Shown here: in pieces, positions 48,510-61,647 of the stretch
Position numbering within the stretch: the first letter of the stretch is position 1
How the letters are laid out: each line of letters opens with the position of its first letter
Assembly (NCBI GenBank): GCA_040954595.2
Contig: CM082591.2
Span: 8,284,280-8,348,279 of the forward strand
Source: Balanoglossus misakiensis
Lineage: Eukaryota; Animalia; Hemichordata
Reading direction: 5' to 3'
DNA: 64,000 bases
The notes under the pieces: generated by a model
What the model was told of the DNA's origin: nothing
Database searches by the model: none
The model's input: the letters and a program-made list of their open reading frames with translations, nothing else
Program-made: the position numbers and the translations under genes

Positions 48510-51053
48510 ACAAGTATGGCGGGCGCTCTGCGACCTTGGATACACCGTGTTCGAAATACGGACTTGAGAGAGGGCTCTCTAGGACCTTGGAATCTGAAAT
48601 GTGTAAGTAATCGTTTTCCTAGATGTTTATTTGTTGCAATGAACGTGGTTTGCGGCTTGCAAGAGTAAATTTCAGATAAAAGGATATCGAACTTGTTCAG
48701 TCTGACTTGATGTTCCAGCAAATGCGTGTTTCCATGTAAAGCCCAGGGTAAAGACTTAGTAAAGGAGCGTGAAAAGGGCCTTTCAGGTTTTGAACAGTCA
48801 TGGTGAAGCATGTGAAGATTTCGGTTTGTGTGCATTAATTGACGTGATGTGTATTTTCCATCTGCACACATACGTTGCACTGCATATTTTGACTAATTAG
48901 AGTGATGTATGATTATGATTGAGTAGAAACTAATATGCATATTCGACTTGCAGGTGGTGCCTTGTTCTTGTACCGGTATATTTGCATTTGAAATCATTTC
49001 GGCTTTGACGTTCTTGACGCATGGAGCAAAATTTTATTCCAAATTTTTGCTTTCAAACAAGTAAATATCAGGAAAAACTTGCAGTAAGCGAGTGTTTGTA
49101 CTCCCGCTTACCATTTTGAAAACCCACATAAACCCATTTCGGGAAAATTCTGAAATTGCAGTTAGATCACAGGGAGTGATAGCTGCAATGATTGTAGCGG
49201 CCAGTGCTGCTTGGTTGACTGGTGTGCAGCATAACCGCTACAAGGCCTTGTGTGTAATTTTCCAATCAACTTTCGGTCGTCAGCTCAGTTACGGGGTTTA
49301 ACTCTTACCTCCGATAACATTTGAAAACCGAACGGGTGCATCCCCCCAAAAAAACACCTCCGACGGCCAAATTTCCCCCAAAATTGTCCTGCTTCCATTA
49401 AAAAAACGATAAATCCACTGAAGTTTCGCCGATGTGTTCCGCCATGTTGGAGCAAACATGGCGGACAAAGTTTGTAAACATCGGCGAAACTGCAGTGGAT
49501 TTATCGTTTTTTTAATGGAAGCAGGACAATTTTGGGGGAAATTTGGCCGTCGGAGGTGTTTTTTTGGGGGGATGCACCCGTTCGGTTTTCAAATGTTATC
49601 GGAGGTAAGAGTTAAACCCCGTAACTGAGCTGACGACCGAAAGTTGATTGGAAAATTACACACAAGGCCTTGTAGCGGTTATGCACCTAGCAGCACCCGC
49701 TACAATCATTGCAGCTAAGGGAGTGATGCTGTGGAGCGAAATAAATCCAAACTGTAATCCTAAACGTTGAATAAATTCTAACCCTAACATGTCAACAAGT
49801 GTGACCATATTTGTAATTAAATAAACACATAAATAAATGAATAATAAGCCAACCCGTTGCACTGTTAAATTATAGAGATTTTGCAGCTTTTCAGCCTTTT
49901 TTCAATCTCGAAGATATTGATTCTACGCTTTGCTAATATTTCTTACCTAGGTCCCCATAAACACCACTCAGTAACATGTTGTTTGTGGGCTTCGTGTTGG
50001 CTTTGCTATGGTGGTGGTACCATAACACACTACAGTTTAACTTTTGAGACAGGCAATTTTAAGGCAAGGTGATAGCGAAGAAACTGACCAGTCGTGACTA
50101 TTAGATAGGGGATTTGATTGCATGATTTATCAGAATTGTAATTGCTGTTAGATTTTTTAGCATTATGACTGTTATAAGCTACCAGTGTCTGTATGTCCCG
50201 ATGTTGGCATTGTGGCACAAGGATAATAAGTGTATCAGATGATAAATACCAAATTATCTTAAGCCTCAATGTATGGATTACTTGGCCACATGATTGCACA
50301 TCCTGCATTTTTGAATAATAAATGGCATATGCTAAAGCTGTTTTATGAATGGTTACTAATACTGATTTCTTTGCCTATTTGATTCACAGGTGCTGCCTCA
50401 AATCGTCTGCAGTTGCTGTCATGCCCAGTCTACGCTACTGTTGGCATATACGTCTGCCACCAAGCCATGAGGTATACTGACAGCCACGTTTGAAACATTT
50501 CAGTATACTGATATTCAAAGCTTAAATGTCAAGGTTTGCATTATAATCGCTACCAATATACATATTTGTGCTAATCAGTTTTATGAAGAGTGAGTTGGAT
50601 CAAATGAAAGTTTTCTTTTTCACAACAACCATAACGTAATCCTTGTACAGTGTTTCATAGATGCCAAGTGCGTGTACATGTTCTGTTGTTTACAGATATT
50701 TCAGTTTCACTTATCACTTGATTTCCATGTTTTGGTATACCCATGTGGACCTTCATTACTGCAGTCCTGATGTAAATTGAGTTTCAAGATTTCTGTTTCA
50801 AAGAACACTGTGACACATTTCCCTGATGAATTTTCCACTGTTGTGCATTGTCATAGCACAGTCTGACCCGACATTATACCATATTTAGCATATTTTCAGT
50901 AATTAGTATGGCAGAATTCTATAGCAAGGTTATGATTGGTAACTAATTAATATGCATATATTTAATTCACAGTCTTAAAATTAAATGTCAGCATTTCAAC
51001 GTGTGGCGGAGGAGGAAAGAGAAGACCTTGGCCACATCGAAGATCACTTTCTG
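48510..51053 (+). ncRNA. Putative spliced long non-coding (or micro-ORF) transcript
   Basis: Chain of canonical splice sites with CTAAT branch points: exon ~48510-48602|GTAAGT, 48954-49083|GTAAGC, 50390-50471|GTATAC, 50973-51053|GTGAGC; only a ~65-codon ORF from ATG 48516. No expression evidence. Confidence 0.35.
49180..49717. mobile_element. 538-bp near-perfect foldback element, family D, 9-bp TSD (MULE-like)
   Basis: TAGCTGCAATGATTGTAGCGG termini; ~200-bp arms that look almost identical; AGGGAGTGA on both flanks (49171-49179, 49718-49726). Confidence 0.9.
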
Positions 51054-51509
51054 GTGAGCACAACTTGTGGTATAATAATAATAATAATAATTTTTACTGT
51101 CATATATAATTGCTATTGCACACACAAAGAAATGTGTTGTGGTGTTTCAAGATAAAAAAGAACATTACATTACAGAAAAGGTTTGAGAAAAACGTACAAA
51201 CAGAATGAAAAGAACAGTGTCTAGGTATAACACAACAACTTCAGATATGTGGAATGAAAAAATCTGTGGGAGACGAGATTGATGAACTTTCACAGCACAT
51301 GGTTAACCATCATGTAACATGTGAATTGCAGTAGGGAAAAAGCTGTTCAAGTGACTGATTTGAGCTCCATAGCTAGTTAATGCTAAAATGTGTTGTCCAA
51401 GGTATAAGTGGTTTTTGCACTATAATTTGCAACAGAAATAGACACTGAGCACCAGCCCGCCCTCCCCTCTTGCTGACTTGTATGTATGTATGTAGGAATT
51501 TTATCAGAA

Positions 51510-53110
51510 TTATTAGGCCCATTCGGTATATGTATTTATACCACGGGACCTTATGGCAATCAGTTTCACCTGTATGTATGTATGTATGTATGTATATATG
51601 TCTGTATGTCCGTCCACATCAAACACTTGGAAACCACTAGCATATCACCTTGATATTTAGTGTGTAGATGCAGGCAGGGCTGTAGATGGGAGTTTGTCTA
51701 ATAAGCTGGGAAAATGTAAAATTTGTCAAAACTCAGAAAATCAACAACTGCTGGGCAAATTGCTTTCAAAACTGAAAATTTGGATTAATCTTTTTTGAAA
51801 GTGATCAGCTGCGGTGTTGCAGCCAGAGCGCGCCCTTGCAACAATGTCCCAAAAACTGAAGCCATGGCCGCACTTTCTGGCATACTGCTGGTCACCACGG
51901 GCGCACTCTGAGTGTAAAAAATAGCCGGCCCTAACAAACATTGTTTCCTGATAGCTGATAGGTGTACGCATACAAAGAGATTCACTTGTCACAGTTTATG
52001 ACCTTAACACAAAATCTGAGATGTCCTAGGATATGTCCAATTTCTGAAAATTATATACATGTTGTAGGATGTAAAAGACAACCTGCACTGAAAACTTGTG
52101 AACTTGGCATGGGCAGGCAGATGGCATAAACAGGGATGGGGGGGGGGTATTATATCTCCCTGTTGCCAATTTTTTTTTTTTTTTTTTTTTTTTTTTGGGG
52201 GGGGGGGGAGGATATCTCTAGCATGTGAGTGACATCATTTTAAAGGGCTTTGGTCCCCTCAACAGGGGTATGTGTGCCATATGTGCTGGTAAACAAGGAA
52301 GCAAACGAAAACAATTTAAGGCCTGACTGCATAACTAGAAAGAAAGCACACTGCAGACACCCATTATAATAATTTATATCAATGATAGTGATGTTCGAAA
52401 GATGCTATGATTATGTAAATTTTATGTTAATTAGATATAGTATGCCAACAATATGATTTGTCCCCTTTCCAACCTGCTGTGGGTCACAATGTCCCAATGC
52501 TTTGTTAACGTCACACAGTTCTGTATGGTTTGAGCTAATAGTGTGAATTTTCTATTTTTTTATGCATTTTTTGGTCTTGGTCTACATTTTGGTTAAAAAT
52601 CTACTTTTCTGGAATTGATCATCCGATTTCTTTGAAATTTAGTATGAAGCTTTATTTAGGTGATCTGAGTTACCCATAGTTTTGTTCAATTTGTTGCAAA
52701 ATTTGCATATTAATAGTTTTGGAGCAATTTTTGCCTTTTTTGGTAATTTTTTCTCTCTCTAAAACCACTTGTCAGATTGCTTTGAAATTTGGTAGGCATG
52801 TTCCTTGGGGTACCCCAAGAAAGATTTGCACGTATGTTTTTAAATCAACTTGGAGAATTCAAGAGTATATTTTTGGGGTGATTTTTTGCCATTTTTGGTC
52901 AAAACTCTTGTTCAGAACCTTCTACCCTAATGCTTTAAAATTTGACACGAAGGTTCCTGGGTGATTTGTCAGGATGATTTACAAAACCTATGATGAAAGT
53001 GCCAATGGTTTGTGGGAGCAATATCTTGTATTTTAGGGGCATATTTTCCAATTTTGATAATAAAATTATATTTCTCAGAAATTATATGGCTGAGTATTTT
53101 AAAATTCGAG
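51510..53110 (+). repeat. Fragments of DINE-1/Helentron-associated-like elements with (TATG)n microsatellite and ~120-150-bp internal repeats
   Basis: tgtatgtatg..gtccgtcc at 51570-51615, and repeated ...gatt.ctttgaaattt.gta.g... units at ~52620, 52775 and 52930. Confidence 0.45.
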
Positions 53111-53116
53111 TCGTAA

Positions 53117-53465
53117 GGGACCGTTCAATTTTTACGGCTGGGGGGAGGGTGGTCGGCCTCTGACATTTTGCTTTTGAGTCCACAAAATTGCTGTTTTGCA
53201 CCCTTTATTTTACAAAATTTTCTAATGTGGGAGGGGGACACACCTTCCCCTCCATTCTCCGCCACATTTCATTTATTGGCTGGTTTGTCTAGTGTACCAG
53301 GGCAGACTACTTGCCACCCCATCCCACCCATGCTTACTTTGAGTGGAGTGCCAAAAGTAAAATTGGTTTTCCCCAACATTGAGTTAATTTGCTTTTGAGT
53401 TCATTAAAATGCAACTTTGAGCACCGTATTTAAAAATTTTTTTCTTCTGTCAGGGGGGGGGGGGA
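53117..53465. mobile_element. Truncated copy of the Harbinger-like GGGACCGTT family
   Basis: TAA|GGGACCGTTCAATTTTTACGGCTGGGG; the body is the reverse complement of 45190-45460. Confidence 0.75.
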
Positions 53466-55757
53466 CAGCTCTTCTATTATCAGTGGTCGCGCTTCTTTTT
53501 TATTTCCTGAGTCTGTGGGGAAGCAATGAAACCACAAATTACGTCCTCTGCTCTTTTGACTGCATCTTTACCTAATTTGCGTATCTTGATTAGGTTGTTG
53601 GCGTTGCTCTAATGGTCTCAAAATGTAACCTTTGAGTACTTGATAAAAACAATTGTGTCATTTCAGTCAATAATCTTTGAGGCCGAGCGTAGTCTTTATT
53701 GTACTGTGTCATGCGGTTGCCCTCACATCCAGTGATTTATAGCCAGCTGAAACAGAACGTAGTTTGCCAAGGCAGCCACCAAAAAACAGAAAAAAGGGTT
53801 TATGCCTTGTTATTCAAGTGACGTGCGCACTGACCAGAAGCATTTCATTTATTTGGCCTAATTAACAAATTAACACCAGAAATGGATTCAATGTATATAA
53901 ACAAATTAAAAAAAATATATTACACAATAATCAAGAAACAAGACGGGCAAAAGTTAAATTATACAGGGGTGTGTGGCGCCCATTTTGAATTATGCAAATT
54001 AGAACAGTTGTCTAATATTGCCATGTCAACAAAGTTGAAATTGTTTTAGGTACCCATATTAATGAAAACCCTGAAATAAGATATAACATACCATTTTAAG
54101 ACAAACATGGGAAATTACATTTTAGGGGTGTTAGAGGTGTTTTTTTGCATGTGTACTCTAGTTTCGAATGACATACTAAGATGCATGATGCATGGTCAAC
54201 TTTTTTACCTAATTTAAATTAAATGACATAATTTTTTTAACCCAAAAACGCCACCATTTCCGGGGATCAATAATATATGCAACTCAAACAAAAATTCAAA
54301 AACTCAGCCTGCAGAATATATATGGTTTATGGGGGTTTTAACTTTGTCTTTGACGAGGAATAGGCCTCTGAAAGAGTCTTGACGGTTTCATGCAATGCCA
54401 CCTTAAGCATAGTCATAGTATCCAACAAAATTAGTTTGTTCCTACACGAATAGCGAACACTTTGCCCCCCCCCTCCCCATGGATGGCTCTTTCCACAATC
54501 ACATTTTATTGAGCGAAATATTGAATTGAATTGGAGTGGACGCTCATTTTATCATGGAAAACCACTCTCAAATGACTTGTGATCAGAAACTAAATGGTGT
54601 CACTTGTCGCATATTTGGATATACAGAATTTTCATTCTGGCTGTATGTAAACAGCGAAGACATTAATCAACAGTCATTGTCCGCTCACCGTGTGCCCAAT
54701 CGGCCATTGAATTGACTACCATAGCAAAAGAGCTTTGTGGGTAGAGATGATAACAGTCAGTCATTTTTGGTAGCACTACTGTGAAGCTGGTGAAATCTCT
54801 CCAGTCACTATGCTCATAGACCCATCCGAATCAAGTTTACTGATCCAGACTTCAAATTTATCGGTATTGAATTTGAAAAGGGAAAGAGTTTCTTTTCCAT
54901 GCCTATAAAGAAATAGTGGCCAACTGATGCAATATGCGCGATTAACTCAGTCAGTGTCCATTGCAATGACGTGGGTGGGGCCTGTTCATAAAGAACTACA
55001 TGTAACTGGTGTTCCTTGGATGTTTGTAGTCAATCAACATAGTTTGTCCATGGTTTGACAACAAGAAAATACCAACTCTTGTTTTTATTTTATCTTTCAT
55101 TCGCGGGTGTCTGTTCCAATAGAATAAATGTATGAATATTTGTCTTCTATCTACTGTTAAATATTTAAAAGATAATGACACACACATTTGTTGCCATGTT
55201 TTATTCATTAGGCTACAAAATTGAGTTTTTAATTTCTTCAAGCGTCTCCGTTGTATGTCTGCTTCAATATAAGCAATGTTGCACATCTTGTTACATATGC
55301 CCATAGTGTAAGCCTGATAAAAAGGTGTGATGCCTCTGCAGTGATCTTGAGGTGTTGTGTTGGACTGCATATTTTCCTGCGCAGTGGGTTTATTCTGGCT
55401 AGATATAATATTTACACTCACAGATGTTACTCTATCCTTTAGTGGCATTGAATTTGAAGACGGCACTTTCACTTTGTCTTTCAGCTTTGAAACATGGACA
55501 CCAATGTAAAACTGCGCAGTGGAAATGGTAATGGTGGAAGTGGCCAGCATTGGTACCCAAGTGATTTGCCTGTGGAGTTTCCCAACATTACCCGCGATCA
55601 CATTCTATGTCAAATTGTTCATGAATCTTTAAGCCGCTAAAACGCTTCAGGTTAGGTTGACCCCCAACTTTAAGAATTTGCATGGCCAATGGGGGAGAGG
55701 GCAGTTTTTCCTCATTTATAATTGGCTCGAGGTTTTTTCACTGTCCTCAGGCGCGTA

Positions 55758-55801
55758 ATCATCATTATCATCACCAACTTCATCGTCATCATCACCATCA
55801 C

Positions 55802-55833
<32 letters not shown>

Positions 55834-55838
55834 ATCAC

Positions 55839-55879
<41 letters not shown>

Positions 55880-55940
55880 CAATCATCATCATTATCATCA
55901 TTATCATAATCATCATCATCACAATCATAATCATCATCAC

Positions 55941-55990
<50 letters not shown>

Positions 55991-55999
55991 ATCACAATC

Positions 56000-56031
<32 letters not shown>

Positions 56032-57024
56032 CAATCACAATCATCATCACCATCATCATCATCATCAATCACAATCATCATCATCATCACAATCATCATC
56101 ATTATCATCATCATTTTCATCATCATCATCATCATCATCATTCAATCATCACAATCATCATCATCATCAATCATCATCATCAGCATCATCATCATCATCA
56201 TTCCATCATCTTCATCATTATCTTCATCATCTTCATCATTTTCATCATCATTCCATCTTCATCATCATCTTCATCATTTTCATCATCATCACAATCATCA
56301 TCATCATCATCTTCATCTTCTTCATCATCCTCATCACAATCATCATCATCATCATCAGCATCTTCATCATTATCATCATCTTCATCATCATCATCATCAT
56401 TCAATCATCACAATCATCATCACAATCATCATCATCATCATCATCAATCATCATCATCAGCATCATCATCATCATCATCATCATTCCATCATCTTCATCA
56501 CTATCTTCATCATTTTCATCATCATTCCATCTTCATCATCATCTTCATCATTTTCATCATCATCACAATCATCATCATCATCTTTATCTTCTTCATCATC
56601 TTCATCACAATCATCATCATCATCAGCATCTTCATCATTATCATCATCTTCATCATCATAATCATCTTCATCATCATTATAATCATTTTCATCATCATCA
56701 TCATTACATCCTCTTCATCATTCCATCATCATCATAATCATCATCATCATCTTCATAATTTTCATCATCATCATCATTCCATCATCATCATCTTCATCAT
56801 CATAACCATCATCATCACCATCATCTTCATCATTATCTTCATCATTATCTTCATCATTTTCATCTTCATCATCATCACCATCATCTTTATCATCTTCATC
56901 ATCATCATCTTAATCATCATCATCATCACCATCATCATCATCATCTTCATCATCTTCATCATTTTCATCATCATCATCATTCCATCATCTTCATCATCAT
57001 CATAACCATCATCTTCATCATCAT

Positions 57025-57061
<37 letters not shown>

Positions 57062-57222
57062 CTCATTCCCACTCACCGCACACACCATACAACCACACAC
57101 ACCGCACACATCATACAAACCGCACTCATTCGCACACACCACCACCATTATCATCATCATCATTCCATCATCATCTTCATCATCATCTTCATCATCTATT
57201 TTTATCATCATCATTTCATCAC

Positions 57223-57254
<32 letters not shown>

Positions 57255-57255
57255 C

Positions 57256-57303
<48 letters not shown>

Positions 57304-57516
57304 TATCATCATCATCATTCCATCACCTTCATCATCATCACCATTATCTTCATCATCATTCCATCATCATCATCATCATCATTATCATCATCATCATCAT
57401 CATCATTATCATCATCATCATCATCATCATCATCACTCATTCCCACTCACCGCACACACCATACAACCACACACACCGCACACATCATACAAACCGCACT
57501 CATTCGCACACACCAC

Positions 57517-57549
<33 letters not shown>

Positions 57550-57802
57550 TCCATCATCATCTTCATCATCATCTTCGTCATCTTCTTTTATCATCATCAT
57601 TCCATCATCATCATCATCATCATCATTCCATCATCATCTTCATCATCATCTTCGTCATCTTCTTTTATCATCATCATTCCATCACCATCATCATCATCAT
57701 CATTTTCATCATCATTCCATCATCATCTTCATCATCATCATCATCATAATCATCATCATCATCATCATCATCACAATCATCATCATCATCATCTTCATCA
57801 TC

Positions 57803-57844
<42 letters not shown>

Positions 57845-58008
57845 TTTATCTTCTTCATCTTCTTCATCTTCAACATTCCATCATCTTCATCATCTTCATC
57901 ATCATCATCACTATCATCTTTCCTTATCATCATCATCATCTTCATCATCATCACCATCATCATCACCATCATCTTCATCATTATCTTCATCATCATTTTC
58001 ATCATCAT

Positions 58009-58049
<41 letters not shown>

Positions 58050-58322
58050 TATCATCATCATCATCATCATCATCATCATTATCATCATCATCATCATCAC
58101 TCATTCCCACTCACCGCACACACCATACAACCACACACACCGCACACATCATACAAACCGCACTCATTCGCACACACCACCATCATCATCATCATCATCA
58201 TCATCATTCCATCATCATCTTCATCATCATCTTCGTCATCTTCTTTTATCATCATCATTCCATCATAATCATCATCTTCATCATTTTCATCATCATTCCA
58301 TCATCATCTTCATCATCATCAT

Positions 58323-58357
<35 letters not shown>

Positions 58358-58521
58358 CTCATTCCCACTCACCGCACACACCATACAACCACACACACCG
58401 CACACATCATACAAACCGCACTCATTCGCACACACCACCACCATCATCATCATCATCATCATCATTCCATCATCTTCATCATTTTCATCATCATTCCATC
58501 ATCATCTTCATCATCATCATT

Positions 58522-58555
<34 letters not shown>

Positions 58556-58781
58556 CTCATTCCCACTCACCGCACACACCATACAACCACACACACCGCA
58601 CACATCATACAAACCGCACTCATTCGCACACACCACCACCATCATCATCATCATCATCATCATTCCATCATCATCTTCATCATCATCTTCGTCATCTTCT
58701 TTTATCATCATCATTTCATCATCATCATCATCATCTTCATCATTTTCATCATCATTCCATCATCATCTTCATCATCATCAT

Positions 58782-58816
<35 letters not shown>

Positions 58817-58927
58817 CAATCATCATCATCATCATCATCTTCATCATCTTCATCATCTTCATCATTTTCATCATCATCATCATTCCATCATCTTCATCAT
58901 CATCATCACCATCATCTTCATCATCAT

Positions 58928-58963
<36 letters not shown>

Positions 58964-60013
58964 TCTCATTCCCACTCACCGCACACACCATACAACCACA
59001 CACACCGCACACATCATACAAACCGCACTCATTCACACACACCACCATCATCATCATCATCATCATCATCATTCCATCATCATCTTCATCATCATCTTCA
59101 TCATCTTCTTTTATCATAATCATTTCATCACCATCATCATCTTCATCATTTTCATCATTTCATCATCACCTTCATCATCATCATCATCACAATCATCATC
59201 ATCATTATCATCATCATCATCATCCTTATCATCATCATCATTCCATCATCTTCATCATCATCACCATCATCTTCATCATCATTCCATCATCATCATCATC
59301 ATCATTATCATCATCATCATCATCTCTCATTCCCACTCACCGCACACACCATACAACCACACACACCGCACACATCATACAAACCGCACTCATTCGCACA
59401 CACCACCATCATCATCATCATCATCATCATCATTCCATCATCATCTTCATCATCATATTCGTCATCTTCTTTTATCATCATCATTCCATCATAATCATCA
59501 TCTTCATCATTTTCATCATCATTCCATCATCATCTTCATCATCATCATAATCATCATCATCATCATCATCATCATCACTCATTCCCACTCACCGCACACA
59601 CCATACAACCACACACACCGCACACATCATACAAACCGCACTCATTTGCACACACCACCACCATCATCATCATCATCATTCCATCATCATCATCATCTTC
59701 ATCATTTTCATCATCATTCCATCATCATCTTCATCATCATCATTATCATTATCATCATCACCATCATCATCATCATCATCATCACTCATTCCCACTCACC
59801 GCACACACCATACAACCACACACACCGCACACATCATACAAACTGCACTCATTCCCACACACCACCACCATCATCATCATCATCATCATCATCATCATTC
59901 CATCATCATCTTCATCATCATCTTCGTCATCTTCTTTTATCATCATCATTCCATCATCATCATCATCTTCATCATTTTCATCATCATTCCATCATCATCT
60001 TCATCATCATCAT

Positions 60014-60045
<32 letters not shown>

Positions 60046-60150
60046 CAATCATCATCATCATCATCATCTTCATCATCTTCATCATCTTCATCATTTTCAT
60101 CATCATTCCATCATCTTCATCATCATCATCACCATCATCTTCATCATCAT

Positions 60151-60189
<39 letters not shown>

Positions 60190-60532
60190 TCTCATTCCCA
60201 CTCACCGCACACACCATACAACCACACACACTGCACACATCATACAAACCGCACTCATTCACACACACCACCATCATCATCATCATCATCATCATCATTC
60301 CATCATCATCTTCATCATCATCTTCATCATCTTCTTTTATCATAATCATTTCATCACCATCATCATCTTCATCATTTTCATCATTTCATCATCACCTTCA
60401 TCATCATCATCATCACAATCATCATCATCATTATCATCATCATCATCATCCTTATCATCATCATCATTCCATCATCTTCATCATCATCACCATCATCTTC
60501 ATCATCATTCCATCATCATCATCATCATCATT

Positions 60533-60563
<31 letters not shown>

Positions 60564-60832
60564 CTCATTCCCACTCACCGCACACACCATACAACCACAC
60601 ACACCGCACACATCATACAAACCGCACTCATTCGCACACACCACCATCATCATCATCATTCCATCATCATCTTCATCATCATCTTCATCATTTTCATCAT
60701 CATTCCATCATCATCTTCTTCATCATCATCATCACTAACATCTTTCCTTATCATCATCATCATCTTCATCATCATCACCATCATCATCACCATCATCTTC
60801 ATCATTATCTTCATCATCATCTTCATCATCAT

Positions 60833-60867
<35 letters not shown>

Positions 60868-61484
60868 TATCATCATCATCATCATCACTCATTCCCACTC
60901 ACCGCACACACCATACAACCACACACACCGCACACATCATACAAACCGCACTCATTCGCACACACCACCATCATCATCATCATCATCATCATCATTCCAT
61001 CATCATCTTCATCATCATCTTCGTCATCTTCTTTTATCATCATCATTCCATCATAATCATCATCTTCATCATTTTCATCATCATTCCATCATCATCTTCA
61101 TCATCATCATAATCATCATCATCATCATCACTCATTCCCACTCACCGCACACACCATACAACCACACACACCGCACACATCATACAAACCGCACTCATTC
61201 GCACACACCACCATCATCATCATCATCATCATCATCATCATTCCATCATCATCTTCATCATCATCTTCGTCATCTTCTTTTATCATCATCATTCCATCAT
61301 CTTCATCATCTTCATCATCATTCCATCATCATCTTCATCATCATCATAATCATCATCATCATCATCATCATCATCACAATCATCATCTTCATCATCATCT
61401 TCATCATCATCTTCATCATCTTCATCATTTTCATCATCATTCCATCATCTTCATCATCATCATCACCATCATCTTCATCATCAT

Positions 61485-61535
<51 letters not shown>

Positions 61536-61614
61536 TTCATCATCATTCCATCATCTTCATCATCATCATCACCATCATCTTCATCATCATTCCATCATCA
61601 TCATCATCATCATT

Positions 61615-61647
<33 letters not shown>

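Noticed and set aside
49628-49660. CTGACGA-cc-GAAA minimal hammerhead core in the foldback arm
   Set aside because: No stem II and no stem III/cleavage triplet can be formed.
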